In this document: positions 49,294 through 59,548 of the stretch, piece after piece
Numbering within the stretch: the stretch's first letter is position 1
Layout: each line of letters opens with the position of its first letter
DNA from: Dehalococcoidia bacterium
Lineage (GTDB): Bacteria; Chloroflexota; Dehalococcoidia; UBA6926
Direction: 5' to 3'
DNA: 64,000 bases
NCBI GenBank assembly: GCA_963666115.2
Contig: CAXXET010000004.1
Coordinates: 416,001-480,000, forward strand
Notes under the pieces: generated by a model
Database searches by the model: none
The model's input: only the letters and a program-made list of their open reading frames with translations
What the model was told of the DNA's origin: nothing
Translations under genes and position numbers: made by a program

Positions 49294-50068
49294 TTAGACA
49301 GTCATTGTCATGTCCGCCATGCCGAGCGCGATATTCCAACCGGTCTCGGCGCGGACAGCTTCTATTTCATGGGCGATCTGTTGGTCATGGGCCGGGTTGC
49401 GGTGAACGACGAGGACGCGGGGTGTCCAGCCGGATTCCGCAACGATGCGCTCGATTTCGCCGCACAGGAGCGCGGGAGTCATGTGGCCGTTGCGCTCAGC
49501 GTCTGCCGCGCCGGCGTTCGAGTACGTAACCTCTGAAATGAGGATGTCCGGCGGGGATTCTGCGAGGGGCGCGGAGAAGCCCGGCGCGGTATCGCCGGTG
49601 TAGTAGAGGCTTCTTGCGCCGTTGGAGACGACAAAGCCGACGGCGGGCGCGGTGTGATTGGCAGGCAACGGCGTCACGGAAAGACCGGCAACCGCAACCG
49701 AACGGCCGGGCTCCAGCGGATGGAATTGGGCGCGGGGCTTGCCGTCCTCGCCCGTTCGCGTCTGGTAGGCGGAATAGATGACGTTGTTCATCAGGTGAGT
49801 TGAGAGGGCATCCAGCGTTGTCCGGGATGCCATAGACGTGCAGCGTGCCTGCTGACGGGGTCGCGTACGCCAGCGCGGGAAGATCGCGAATGTGATCGTA
49901 GTGGCGGTGCGTGAGGAAGACATGGCGGAGGGCTCGCAGTTCCTCACGGGGGAGGGATCGCGTTCAGGCTTCCCGGCAATCCAGGGCAAGGCGACCATCA
50001 ATGACGACGCCCGCAAGCCTCGTTGCGGACGATTCCGCGTTATGGACGCCGGTCAAGTGGACAATCAT
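49294..50068 (-). CDS. MBL-fold hydrolase (cyclic-nucleotide phosphodiesterase/RNase Z-like), frameshifted
   Basis: FLTHRHYDHIRD in one frame; NHTAPAVG, YTGDT, EVTY, GHMTP, VH in another. Confidence 0.75.
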
Positions 50069-50127
50069 GCGCCAATCAAATTATGACCCCGGCCCAATCG
50101 AGGACTGTCACCGGGCAGGACACGGGG

Positions 50128-51360
50128 TCAAGTCGTCGTGAGGATCAAATCAATGGTCACCAGTGGGTTGGAGAGATCGGAGACGTAGACATTCTTCTCC
50201 GGATCATCAATCGAGATTTCGAAGCAGTTGACGTAGAATCTCACTTCCTGTCCCACGTACCCTGTCTCTTCAGGCGGCTGCACGGTCATGAACGGGAGCA
50301 CGCCGGGTTCAACGACTCTCTTGATCCCTGTGATGTAGCCCGCAATCCTTGCCTGAACCCTGGTGCCGACGGGCGCCGGCTGGCCATTGACGATGACAGC
50401 GCCCTGGTAAATCCGCGGGAAGGGGTGGAGCGGATTGACACCCTTGGGGAGCGGATTATGGGCGCCGAAGCAGGACGCGCCCTGCTTGAGGTCTTCCACG
50501 TTGGACATGATCGATCGAATGGAAACGCCCAGGCCGGAGCCGGCGGCGCTGGGCCCAAGCACGTCCACGGTCCTTGCCGAGATGATGCCGACAACGTCCG
50601 CGTTCAGGTTGAAGAGGGGCGCTCCGCTAAAGCCTTCCGCAAATACCCTGTCGAGCCGGAAGAACACGGTTGCGTCCACTTCGTGCCGGGACTGAATCCT
50701 GCCAGCCACCCCAATGGGCGCCTGTCCGGCGGCCCCGCCCTGGTACCCAATGCCGACAACGCTCTCACCGGAGGGGACATATGCCTCCCCCACCAGGTTG
50801 AGCGGCGGAATGTCGGTATCGACGGTGAGCCGCAGAATGGCCACGTCTTTAAGTTCGTCCCGGCCGACAAGAGCGGCGGGAACCGAACCGGTCGTCGCAT
50901 GCGTCACGTAGATTAGCGAGGCATCCAACGGAATGAGCTCAGAACTGGTGACGATGTACCCCTCGTCATCGAGAACGAATCCCGTTCCCTGCAAGTTGCC
51001 GACGTTGACGCGAACAGTCGAACCCTGGACCTCTGCGACCACTTCTTCCGGCGTCCGAATCGGCCGTGGAGTGGCCGTTGCAGTCGGCCGGGGCGTCGCC
51101 GTGGGCAGAGGGGGGCGCGGCGTCGCGGTTGGGGTCGGCGTGATGGTTGGCGTCGGTGTAACGGTCGCGGTGTGGGTTGGGAGGGGAGTATACGTCGGGA
51201 TGGGCGTTGCCGTAGCGACGGGCGCCGGCTCCCCGTCACAGGCGCCGCTTAGCCCGATGGCAAGCGCGATGCCCACCGCAATGATGACGCCGAGCGGCAC
51301 ACGTCTCAGCAATCCACGTACTCCTCTATGCCCCACATGCTGACAGCTATACTTTTGCAA
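50128..51360 (-). CDS. Lipoprotein with trypsin-like (S1C) protease domain, catalytic His apparently replaced
   Basis: SGA-C lipobox, PT-rich linker, GTGFVL..IVTSSEL, DVAILRL, GFSGAPLFN; start uncertain. Confidence 0.75.
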   Translation of the reverse strand: MQKYSCQHVGHRGVRGLLRRVPLGVIIAVGIALAIGLSGACDGEPAPVATATPIPTYTPLPTHTATVTPTPTITPTPTATPRPPLPTATPRPTATATPRPIRTPEEVVAEVQGSTVRVNVGNLQGTGFVLDDEGYIVTSSELIPLDASLIYVTHATTGSVPAALVGRDELKDVAILRLTVDTDIPPLNLVGEAYVPSGESVVGIGYQGGAAGQAPIGVAGRIQSRHEVDATVFFRLDRVFAEGFSGAPLFNLNADVVGIISARTVDVLGPSAAGSGLGVSIRSIMSNVEDLKQGASCFGAHNPLPKGVNPLHPFPRIYQGAVIVNGQPAPVGTRVQARIAGYITGIKRVVEPGVLPFMTVQPPEETGYVGQEVRFYVNCFEISIDDPEKNVYVSDLSNPLVTIDLILTTT

Positions 51361-52298
51361 TGGTCGAAACAGGCAACCGCTCCACCCAGCCTCCCCGCGT
51401 TGCTACCCATTCTACCGTACTTGTGACGGGCGGGACGGGAGTGATGGGAACGATCGTGGCAAATCGTCTCCTTGCGGACGGGCACGCCGTTCGCGCGTAC
51501 TCGCGCCGGGCAACGCAGGCGGGCGTCTCGCCAGGGATTGAGCCGTTCGACGGCGATATTCGCGATACCAATGCGCTGGCGCCGGCGCTCACGGGTGCGG
51601 ATGCCGTGGTCCACCTTGCGGGCATCCTGCGCGAGACCGGACGCGCGCAGACTTTTGGCGGGGTTTTCCTGGAGGGGACGCGGGCCGTCATCGAGGCGGC
51701 TCGCCAAGCGGGTATCCGGCGGTTCATCCACGTGACGGGAATGGGCGCGAACCCGGACTCCGCCGATGCCTTTGAGCGAACGCGGGGGTTGGCCGAACGT
51801 GAAACGCGGGAGTCAGGCCTTGACTGGGTTATTTTGCGGCCATCGGTGATTTTCGGCGTGCGCGGCAGCATGTTCGACCGCATGGAACGGAGTTTGAGGG
51901 TAACATGGCCATTCGCATTCGTGCCGCGACGGGACGGGTTGTACCAGCCCGTGTGGCGCGATGATGCCGCGCTGTGCGTCGCCGCCGCGCTGCGAGACGA
52001 CAGTCTGCTGGGCGGCACGTACGAACTCGGCGGGCCGGACACGTGGGCGTACAGGGACCTGGTCCGGCTGGCGCTGCGCCAACTCCGGCTCAGGCGAATC
52101 GTGCTGCCCCTCCCGTCCTTCCTGTTGCTGGCCGGGGCAGCCTTGCCGCGGGTGGCAGGAAGGAGAGCGCTGGTCACTGCGTCCGAGCTGCGGCAGCTCA
52201 CGCGGGATAACCGGACCGACCCCTCCGTGATGAGCGCGGCATTCGGCATCGAGCCGGTGGGACTGTTGGAGAAAGCGGATGAAGTATTTGCCCTCTAA
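51360..52298 (+). CDS. NAD(P)-binding epimerase / NDUFA9-like SDR
   Basis: VLVTGGTGVMG, VVHLAG, ILRPSVIFG, YELGGP. Confidence 0.88.
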   Translation: MVETGNRSTQPPRVATHSTVLVTGGTGVMGTIVANRLLADGHAVRAYSRRATQAGVSPGIEPFDGDIRDTNALAPALTGADAVVHLAGILRETGRAQTFGGVFLEGTRAVIEAARQAGIRRFIHVTGMGANPDSADAFERTRGLAERETRESGLDWVILRPSVIFGVRGSMFDRMERSLRVTWPFAFVPRRDGLYQPVWRDDAALCVAAALRDDSLLGGTYELGGPDTWAYRDLVRLALRQLRLRRIVLPLPSFLLLAGAALPRVAGRRALVTASELRQLTRDNRTDPSVMSAAFGIEPVGLLEKADEVFAL

Positions 52299-52459
52299 TG
52301 AGCCCCTAGCGGGCATGTCATAGAATAGAGCGGGTTGGGAGTGGATGCCGCCACCGGGCGGCAGCGCCTCACCAAGCAAGCGCAAGGGGAAAGTTGATAG
52401 TGGCCACGCGTTGGACAGGGCAATCGCCCGTGACACGGCGCGCTCCGGACGCGCCGCAG

Positions 52460-53143
52460 ATGGATCCGAATCGCGTTGCGCCGGCACGCACCGCAGGCCG
52501 GCGGCGCGGACGCGCCGGCGTGCGCCGCCCGGATGAGCATGAGCATTTGCGCGACCGCCTGAGCAGGTTCAGCCCGACACAGTTCCGGCTGACGATGCAG
52601 ATGAAGCTCGCCCTGAGCGGCCTGTTTTTCGGCACGTTTCTTGTCGCGGGCGGCCTATTCGTCGCATACCTGAACGCAGACGAGGCGCGCGTTGAGCAAT
52701 TCGGCTTGATCGGCGCTTTCGTGATCAGCCTGACATCAAGCGCGACGGTCGTTCTGCCCGCGCCCGGCATCCTGATCATCCTGAGCATGGCGGAGATCAT
52801 CGATCCGTGGCGGCTGGGGATTGTTACCGGCATCGGCGGGGGGCTTGGCGGCGGCACGGCGTACCTGGCCGGGGCGCTTGGCCGCAACGCGATGGGGGAA
52901 TCAAGCAGGATCAAGCAGCGCATGACGGACCTCTTCAACAGCAAGTGGGGACCGGTTCTTCTCTTCCTCGGCAACCTGATACCCTTTGCGCCCGGGGACG
53001 CAATCAGCGCCATCGCGGGCATCTCGCGCTTCCCGTTGATTGCCTTTTTCATCTACGTCATCATTGCCTCAATCATCAAGATGATTGCGCTGTCATGGCT
53101 TGGGCGCATTGCGCCGGACATCGCAGGGACTTTCCTGGGCTAA
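52460..53143 (+). CDS. DedA/VTT-domain membrane protein
   Basis: SATVVLPAPG, AYLAG..GR, PFAPGDAISAIAG; start uncertain. Confidence 0.75.
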   Translation: MDPNRVAPARTAGRRRGRAGVRRPDEHEHLRDRLSRFSPTQFRLTMQMKLALSGLFFGTFLVAGGLFVAYLNADEARVEQFGLIGAFVISLTSSATVVLPAPGILIILSMAEIIDPWRLGIVTGIGGGLGGGTAYLAGALGRNAMGESSRIKQRMTDLFNSKWGPVLLFLGNLIPFAPGDAISAIAGISRFPLIAFFIYVIIASIIKMIALSWLGRIAPDIAGTFLG

Positions 53144-53159
53144 AGAGGAGCGTCATTCC

Positions 53160-53621
53160 GTGCGAATCGCCATCGGGACCGATCATGCGGGCCTGCCTCT
53201 CAAGGACACGGTCATCGCGCGGGTGTCCGCGCTGGAGCACACGCCAATCGATCTCGGCGCGCACGAGTACGACGCGAATGACGACTACCCGGACTACGCT
53301 CTCGCCGTTGCCACGGAGGTCGCGGAGGGCCGCGCGGACCGGGGCGTTTTGCTGTGCGGGAGCGGCGTGGGGGCGAGCATCGTGGCCAACAAGGCCGCCG
53401 GCGTTCGCGCCGCCGTTTGCCATGACACGTATTCGGCGCGGCAGGGTGTTGAGCACGACGACATGAACGTGCTGTGCATCGGCGCGCGCATCATCGGATC
53501 GTCCCTAGCCGAGGCCGTCGTCGATGCATTTATCGGGGCCGCTTTCAGCGGCGAGGAGCGGCACGCGCGGCGGCTGGAAAAGGTCAGGGCAATCGAGGCT
53601 GCGCGCGGCGTGCCACAATAG
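53160..53621 (+). CDS. rpiB: Ribose-5-phosphate isomerase B
   Basis: IAIGTDHAG, DYPD, CGSGVGASIVANK, RHARR; GAGGAG RBS before GTG. Confidence 0.95.
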   Translation: MRIAIGTDHAGLPLKDTVIARVSALEHTPIDLGAHEYDANDDYPDYALAVATEVAEGRADRGVLLCGSGVGASIVANKAAGVRAAVCHDTYSARQGVEHDDMNVLCIGARIIGSSLAEAVVDAFIGAAFSGEERHARRLEKVRAIEAARGVPQ

Positions 53622-53657
53622 ACGGAGACACGCGAGGGAATCCGAGGGGGTGTTGGC

Positions 53658-54887
53658 GTGGCAACGCCGGATTTGAAACCGAACGAGTTCGTCGACGCAG
53701 TATCCGCAGCCGTCGATGAGTTGAGTGATGAGCTTGTCCGCATCAGCAAGGACATTCACGCGCATCCTGAACTCAACTACGAGGAGTTCTATTCGTCGGC
53801 GCTGCTGGCGGATGCGATGGAACGGCACGGCTTCGCGGTTGAGCGGGCAACCGGAGGCGTTGAAACCGCATTCAGCGCCACGCTGGCGGGCGGCGCGGGA
53901 GACGGGCCGACAGTCGCGTTCCTGGCGGAATACGACGCGCTGCCGGAGATCGGACACGGCTGCGGGCACAACCTCATCGCAATCTCGAATATCGGCGCGG
54001 CCCTTGCCCTCAAGGCGCTGATGCCGCGTCTGCCGGGCACGATACAGGTGCTTGGAACGCCGGCGGAGGAAGGCGGGGGCGGCAAGATTCGCATGATCGA
54101 CGCAGGCTCCTTCGGCGACGTGGACGTTGCGCTTTCGTCGCATCCGGCGGCCAACCGCACCGTCATCCCCACCTCGATTCCCATTGAGGAGAGCTGGAGC
54201 CTCGCGATGGTGGGCTACCGGTACGCGTACCACGGCAAGGCCGCCCACGCGGCGGTCTCTCCCCACCACGGCATCAACGCGCTCAACTCCGTCATTCACC
54301 TGTTCACGGGAATCGACGCGCTCAGGCAGCACCTGCGGGAGGACGTCCGCATTCACGGGGTCATCACGGACGGGGGGCGCGTTCCCAACATCGTGCCGGA
54401 CTTCGCCGCCGCGAACTTCATGCTGCGGTCACGCGACCGCGACTACCTCGGCGAGGTCGTCGAACGGGTGAAACAGGTGGCGGAAGGAGCGGCGACGCTG
54501 ACGGGCGCGACGCTGGAGATACTGGACGCCCACCCGATGTATGAGAACGTGCGGCCAAATGAACCGCTTGCGCGCGCTGCGCGGCAGTACGCGGAGGCTG
54601 CGGGAATGCACGTTCACGATCCGCGGCCCGGCTCTCGCGGAGGCGCATCGACGGACTTTGGAAACGTGAGCCAGCGGATGCCGTCGTTTGCAGTGAACTT
54701 TGCGGTGAGCGAGACGCCGATAGCGGCACATTCGATACAGATGACGGAGGCGGCGCTGTCCGACCTGGCGCACGACAGCGCGCTGGGGGTGGCAAAGTCG
54801 CTTGCGCTGACCGGGATCGACGCGCTGACCGACGCGGATTTCATGCAGGCCGTTCGCGCAGACTTTGAGGCGAGGAACAGCAACTGA
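53658..54887 (+). CDS. M20 family amidohydrolase (Acy1L2/AbgB-like)
   Basis: HAHPEL, AEYDALP.IGHGCGHN, GTPAEEGGGGK, STDFGNVS. Confidence 0.92.
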   Translation: MATPDLKPNEFVDAVSAAVDELSDELVRISKDIHAHPELNYEEFYSSALLADAMERHGFAVERATGGVETAFSATLAGGAGDGPTVAFLAEYDALPEIGHGCGHNLIAISNIGAALALKALMPRLPGTIQVLGTPAEEGGGGKIRMIDAGSFGDVDVALSSHPAANRTVIPTSIPIEESWSLAMVGYRYAYHGKAAHAAVSPHHGINALNSVIHLFTGIDALRQHLREDVRIHGVITDGGRVPNIVPDFAAANFMLRSRDRDYLGEVVERVKQVAEGAATLTGATLEILDAHPMYENVRPNEPLARAARQYAEAAGMHVHDPRPGSRGGASTDFGNVSQRMPSFAVNFAVSETPIAAHSIQMTEAALSDLAHDSALGVAKSLALTGIDALTDADFMQAVRADFEARNSN

Positions 54888-54906
54888 TACCGTAAGGGCC
54901 AGTTCA

Positions 54907-56283
54907 ATGACACGTGTCAAGATCGACAATGCCCGGTTCATCATGACGATGAACGAGTCGCGCCGCATCATCAGCGACGGGACGATCATCCTCGACGACG
55001 ACCGCATCACGCACGTGGGCAAGGCGGCGGACCTGGGCAACGCGCCGGCAGACCGCGTTATCGACGCGACGGAGATGGTGATAACGCCGGGGTTCGTCAA
55101 CGGGCACATGCACATCTCCTACGCGCACGCGACGCGCGGCATCTTTCCCGACGATCTCAGCCCGCGCGACTATTTGGCGGGCGTGTTTGCCCTGCAAAGC
55201 TCTATGACCGAGGAGGAGGAGCGAGACACGTCGCTCCTGGGGATCACAGAGCTGCTTCGCGGGGGGACGACGACATTCGTGGACCCGGGGAGCACGCGCT
55301 TCCTCGACGCGTGCATGGACGCCTATGAGCGGGCCGGATGCCGCATCGTCGTCGGCAGGCAGGTCACCGACCGGACGAATCCCCTGAACCTGCCCGTCTA
55401 TGAGACGCGTGACGCGGTGTCATTGACCGGCCGGATCATCGATGCGTATGACGGCGGACTTGACGGGCGCGTTCACGCGTGGGCGATGCCGTTCTCCGTG
55501 GACTACTGCTCGCCGGATTTGCTCAAGGAACTCAAGGCGATGGCGGACTCCATGAACACGCGGCTCACGCTGCACCACGGGAACGGGCCGGGCACCGTGC
55601 GGTCATTCCTGGAGCGGTACAGCATCCGCCCGACGCTGTGGCTGGAGGACCAGGACATTTTGGGCAGGAACGTCGTGCTGTCCCATGTGATTGGGCTGGA
55701 CGATAAAGAGGTTGCGTCGATGGCGCGGACGCACACCTCCGGCATCCTGTGCCCCACTGCCGCCATGAAGATGGGCTCCGGCTTGTCACAGCACGGCATG
55801 GCGCCGGAGATGCTGCGGAGCGGTGTGACGCTTGGGCTGGGCACGGACGCGGGCAACAACTCGAATCTCGTTGAGACGCTGCGCTCCATGTACCTCATCG
55901 CCATCCTGTTCAAGGACGCGCGGACGGACACGCGCATGATACCGGCGGAGAGCGCGCTGGAGATGGCGACGATCGGGGGCGCGACGGCGCTTGGCATGGA
56001 CGATGAGATCGGTTCCATCGAGCCGGGCAAGAAGGCCGACCTCGTAATGTTCGACACGCGGCGGGCCGAGTGGCGGACACTCTTCAACCCGGTGAACAGC
56101 CTTGTGTACAACGCGGACGGGCGCAGCGTTCACACGGTCATGGTTGACGGGCGCACGGTTGTGGAAAACGGCCAGGCGCTGTACGTGGACGAGTGGGAAC
56201 TGGCGCAGCGCGTGCAACGGCACGGCGAGTCCATGCTGGAGCGCACCAACACGTCATACCAGCCCAATTGGCCGGTGATGTAG
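54907..56283 (+). CDS. Amidohydrolase, MTA/SAH-deaminase/AtzA-like family
   Basis: PGFVNGHMH, GLGTD, EMATIGGA, GSIEPGKKADL. Confidence 0.9.
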   Translation: MTRVKIDNARFIMTMNESRRIISDGTIILDDDRITHVGKAADLGNAPADRVIDATEMVITPGFVNGHMHISYAHATRGIFPDDLSPRDYLAGVFALQSSMTEEEERDTSLLGITELLRGGTTTFVDPGSTRFLDACMDAYERAGCRIVVGRQVTDRTNPLNLPVYETRDAVSLTGRIIDAYDGGLDGRVHAWAMPFSVDYCSPDLLKELKAMADSMNTRLTLHHGNGPGTVRSFLERYSIRPTLWLEDQDILGRNVVLSHVIGLDDKEVASMARTHTSGILCPTAAMKMGSGLSQHGMAPEMLRSGVTLGLGTDAGNNSNLVETLRSMYLIAILFKDARTDTRMIPAESALEMATIGGATALGMDDEIGSIEPGKKADLVMFDTRRAEWRTLFNPVNSLVYNADGRSVHTVMVDGRTVVENGQALYVDEWELAQRVQRHGESMLERTNTSYQPNWPVM

Positions 56284-56314
56284 CGGCTAACGGCTTGCGG
56301 GCGGGTGGCTGAGC

Positions 56315-56989
56315 CTACTGTCCGGCGAGGTCCGTGACGTCCAGGACTGCCGGTGAGCCGTCGGAGCCGTAGCCGTACGACCTGAGTTCGAGATCTGTGG
56401 GATCGGTGTCCATGAACAGGGGCGAGTACGCGCGGAAGCTGAACGTGCCGGCCTCATATTCAAAGTCCATCGGCGCGACGGTGAGGTTCGTATTCCACTG
56501 CTCCATTGGGCCAAGGTCCGGGAGGAGGGCGACCATCGGCTCATCGTGGCCCTTGTAGAAGACGAGGAACATCGCGCCGTCATCTTCGCCGGGCGGGAGG
56601 AATAGCTGGCCGCCGCCGGTCACGATTCCGGCGCCGCTCAACTCTCCCGGGGCGAGCGTCGGCGGCTCGCTCCACGTGATCAGGCCGGCCGGCGAATCAC
56701 CGGCGAGGGCGAGGTTGGCATCGTAGTTGAGCGCCGGGCCGAGGCCGTCGGGGTTTTGGTTTGTGTTGCTGACCGTGCCATCATCGCCCGAACCGGACGA
56801 CGACGCGCCGGAATCACCCGAATCCGATGAGGACGAGGATGAACCCGCGCCGGAATCGCCAGAATCGGTCGAGGACGAGCTCGCGGCGGAATCTGAGTCG
56901 GAGTCCTCGCTGCTTTCTCCGTTGGTACACGCGGCCAGGGCGGAAATCGACAGGATAAGCGCAAGAAGCAGAATCGCCGCGAGTTTCAT
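56315..56989 (-). CDS. Lipoprotein with Ser/Asp/Gly-rich linker
   Basis: Signal peptide ending LAA-C, low-complexity linker. Confidence 0.75.
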   Translation of the reverse strand: MKLAAILLLALILSISALAACTNGESSEDSDSDSAASSSSTDSGDSGAGSSSSSSDSGDSGASSSGSGDDGTVSNTNQNPDGLGPALNYDANLALAGDSPAGLITWSEPPTLAPGELSGAGIVTGGGQLFLPPGEDDGAMFLVFYKGHDEPMVALLPDLGPMEQWNTNLTVAPMDFEYEAGTFSFRAYSPLFMDTDPTDLELRSYGYGSDGSPAVLDVTDLAGQ

Positions 56990-57106
56990 GGCCGTTTCCT
57001 TTCCCTACCGGGCGCATCTCTATCTGCCCATGATAACGCTCGCCAGTGGCAAAACGTTACGGCATCCGGCAGAATTCCGTCGCGTCCGGGCGCGGGGGGG
57101 CAGAAT

Positions 57107-58300
57107 CTAGATTGCGTTCTGCTCCCGCATGACGGTGGCGAGGAGGCCGACGCCTTCCTGGATTTCGTCCGGGGTGGGGAAGCTGTAGTTGAGGCGGGCG
57201 CGGTTGGGGCCTTCGCCGACGGGGGAGAACTGGTGGCCGCCGAGGTAGCGGACGCCGCGCTCCTGCGTGATCGGTTCAAGCGCCTGCATATCGGTATTCT
57301 CCGGGAACTCCGCCCAGACGAACATGCCGGCCTTGGGGACGGTCATCGAAACGAGCGGGCCGAAGTTCTCTCCGAGCGCGGCGATCATGGTGTCACGCTT
57401 GTGGCGCATCCGCATGTTGAGGTGGCTGATGCGGGCATCCATGTGGTCTTCCATGAACTTGGCGACGATGAGGCCGGAGAGATAGTCGTTGCCGACGTCC
57501 TGCTTGTACGCCGCCATCCGCTCAACAAGACGCTCATCCGCGGCCACCCACGCGACACGGACGCCGGGCGAGAGAATCTTGGAGAACGTGGCGATGTAGA
57601 TGACGCGCTCCTGCGCTCCGTCCAGCGACGCGATGGCGGGCGGCATCTCATCGACGTCCAGCGTCTGATCCACGTAGCAGTCGTCCTCGATGATCAGCGT
57701 GTCGTATTCCTGCGCGAGGGCGAGCATTTTCTCGCGGCGGTCGGACGGCATGATGGAGCCGTCCGGGTTCTGCGGGCTGGGGATGGTGTAAATGAACTTG
57801 GGCGTGACGCGCTCAGCCTTGAGTTCGGCGAGCTTCTGTTCAAGAAGGTCCATCCGCATCCCGTCGTCGTCCCTGTCGATGGTGACGATGCGGAGTCCGC
57901 TGGCGATGAAGGCGCGCACTGCGCCCTGGTAGAAGAATCGGTCGGTGATGATGGTGTCGCCCCGGGTGGTGAGCGTTTCCAGGCAGAGGGTGATGCCCTG
58001 CGCGGAGCCGTTGGTGGTGAGCACTTCATTGATGGCGGGCCACGTCATGCCGCGGTGGGCGGCCATCTTGTGGAGGATGATCTCGCGCGTGCGAACGGGG
58101 CCGTAGGTGGGCGGGTAGCGGGCGATGATCTCCTTCTCTTCATGGATGACCGCCCGCGCGGCTTCCGCCAGTTCTTCGATGGGCATGACGTCCGGGCCGG
58201 GATTGGCGCCGCCAAAATCGTACCGGAAGACTTCTTCCTGCCACGTGGGAACGGGCTTCTCAGGAACCGTCCAAAAACGGGAATAGTCGATGCTGCCCAT
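57107..58300 (-). CDS. PLP-dependent aminotransferase (class I, 2-aminoadipate/MocR-like)
   Basis: TNGSAQG, QNPDG, IIEDDCY, TFSKILSPGVRVAW, RLNYS. Confidence 0.92.
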   Translation of the reverse strand: MGSIDYSRFWTVPEKPVPTWQEEVFRYDFGGANPGPDVMPIEELAEAARAVIHEEKEIIARYPPTYGPVRTREIILHKMAAHRGMTWPAINEVLTTNGSAQGITLCLETLTTRGDTIITDRFFYQGAVRAFIASGLRIVTIDRDDDGMRMDLLEQKLAELKAERVTPKFIYTIPSPQNPDGSIMPSDRREKMLALAQEYDTLIIEDDCYVDQTLDVDEMPPAIASLDGAQERVIYIATFSKILSPGVRVAWVAADERLVERMAAYKQDVGNDYLSGLIVAKFMEDHMDARISHLNMRMRHKRDTMIAALGENFGPLVSMTVPKAGMFVWAEFPENTDMQALEPITQERGVRYLGGHQFSPVGEGPNRARLNYSFPTPDEIQEGVGLLATVMREQNAI

Positions 58301-58362
58301 TACGCCCTCCGCCTCTCATTCCCCATGACGCGGCTCGCTGCCGCGCTGCGCGGAGAGTAGCA

Positions 58363-58411
58363 CAAAGCGTCTCCCGCTGCCGACTCGTAAGCAGTCAGCA
58401 GCGGGAGACGC
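58363..58411 (-). terminator. Hairpin downstream of proX-like gene
   Basis: GCGTCTCCCGCTGC / GCAGCGGGAGACGC 14-bp stem with short T tract on minus strand. Confidence 0.65.
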
Positions 58412-58424
58412 CAAGGATTCGGGT

Positions 58425-59471
58425 TTACTCGGTTGGCCAGCCGGCGGGGACGACGCCCTCGTCAAGGGACTCCTGGATGGCGTCCGCAGCATCACTCGTG
58501 ACCCACTGGGTCCAGAGGTCTACGTTGTTGTTGAGCCACCACATAGCGGAGTCGGCGATGTCCGCGCCCTCGTTGTCCTGCTGCCACGCGACAACCGTGC
58601 CGAATTCAGGGATGTCAAAGCCCCACTTCTCGAACATGTCGATGACTTCAGGAGCTCGCTCCGCGAGGTCGGTGCGGACGGCAATCTTGATCTCGGCGTC
58701 GCGGTAGGCGCAGCCCACCGTCGGCTCGGGTCCGCCGTCAATGAAGGCCTGCATGCCGGACCAGCAGTCGTCCGTGTACGCGGGTTCATCCAGCCTGACA
58801 AGGTCAAGGAGGAGCGCCGGGTCGTTGGTGCCCCACTGGAAGCCAAGCCACGGCTCCTGGCGGTCGTAGGCGCCGTAGAGGTCCGCGTTTGCGGCTGCGC
58901 CGTCACCGGGCTTGATGACGTGGACGTGGTCAGTCAGGCCATAGGCTATGATCTGCGCGTCATTCACGCCCTCGCAGGCCCATCCGATAACGCAGGACAC
59001 CAGGCGCGCCTTGCCGTCCGAGTCCGGCGTGGCGAACAGTTCCTTGTACTGCGGGTCCTTCAGATCCTCGATGTTGTCCAGGTCCGGGTGTTGGTCCTGG
59101 AGATACTTCGGGATCACGAAGGCCGACTGCCAGTCCGCCCCGAGGCTAAAGCCGACTTCCTGCACCGTTCCCTCGGCAAGCGCGTCAACCCAGGCGGCGT
59201 CCTGGTTGGGCAGCCAGATTTCCATGGTCACGTGCGTATCACCGGCGCGCAGGCCCTGCAGCAGCGGGAGCGTTGCGCCGAATACGACGTCCGTGGGATA
59301 GCCATAGCCCTCTTCCACGATGTACTGGGCGATGCGGTTCTGAATCTGGGCGCTGGGCCAGTTCAGATCGCTAAAGACGATCGGATCCTTTTCTTCTTCC
59401 TGCGTGCATCCCGCCACGGCTGCAACGGCAAGCGCGGCGATCGCAATCGCAAGAACGGCAAACTTCCTCAT
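58425..59471 (-). CDS. Glycine betaine/proline ABC transporter substrate-binding lipoprotein (ProX-like)
   Basis: VAG-C lipobox, LNWPSA, MEIWLP, SCVIGWAC. Confidence 0.85.
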   Translation of the reverse strand: MRKFAVLAIAIAALAVAAVAGCTQEEEKDPIVFSDLNWPSAQIQNRIAQYIVEEGYGYPTDVVFGATLPLLQGLRAGDTHVTMEIWLPNQDAAWVDALAEGTVQEVGFSLGADWQSAFVIPKYLQDQHPDLDNIEDLKDPQYKELFATPDSDGKARLVSCVIGWACEGVNDAQIIAYGLTDHVHVIKPGDGAAANADLYGAYDRQEPWLGFQWGTNDPALLLDLVRLDEPAYTDDCWSGMQAFIDGGPEPTVGCAYRDAEIKIAVRTDLAERAPEVIDMFEKWGFDIPEFGTVVAWQQDNEGADIADSAMWWLNNNVDLWTQWVTSDAADAIQESLDEGVVPAGWPTE

Positions 59472-59548
59472 GTGTTCCTCCCCTCCCTTTCCGGAGTTTA
59501 TTTTAGCGAATCCTTGCAAGCATTTCAGAGTGAGCAGGTTTAGGCCCT

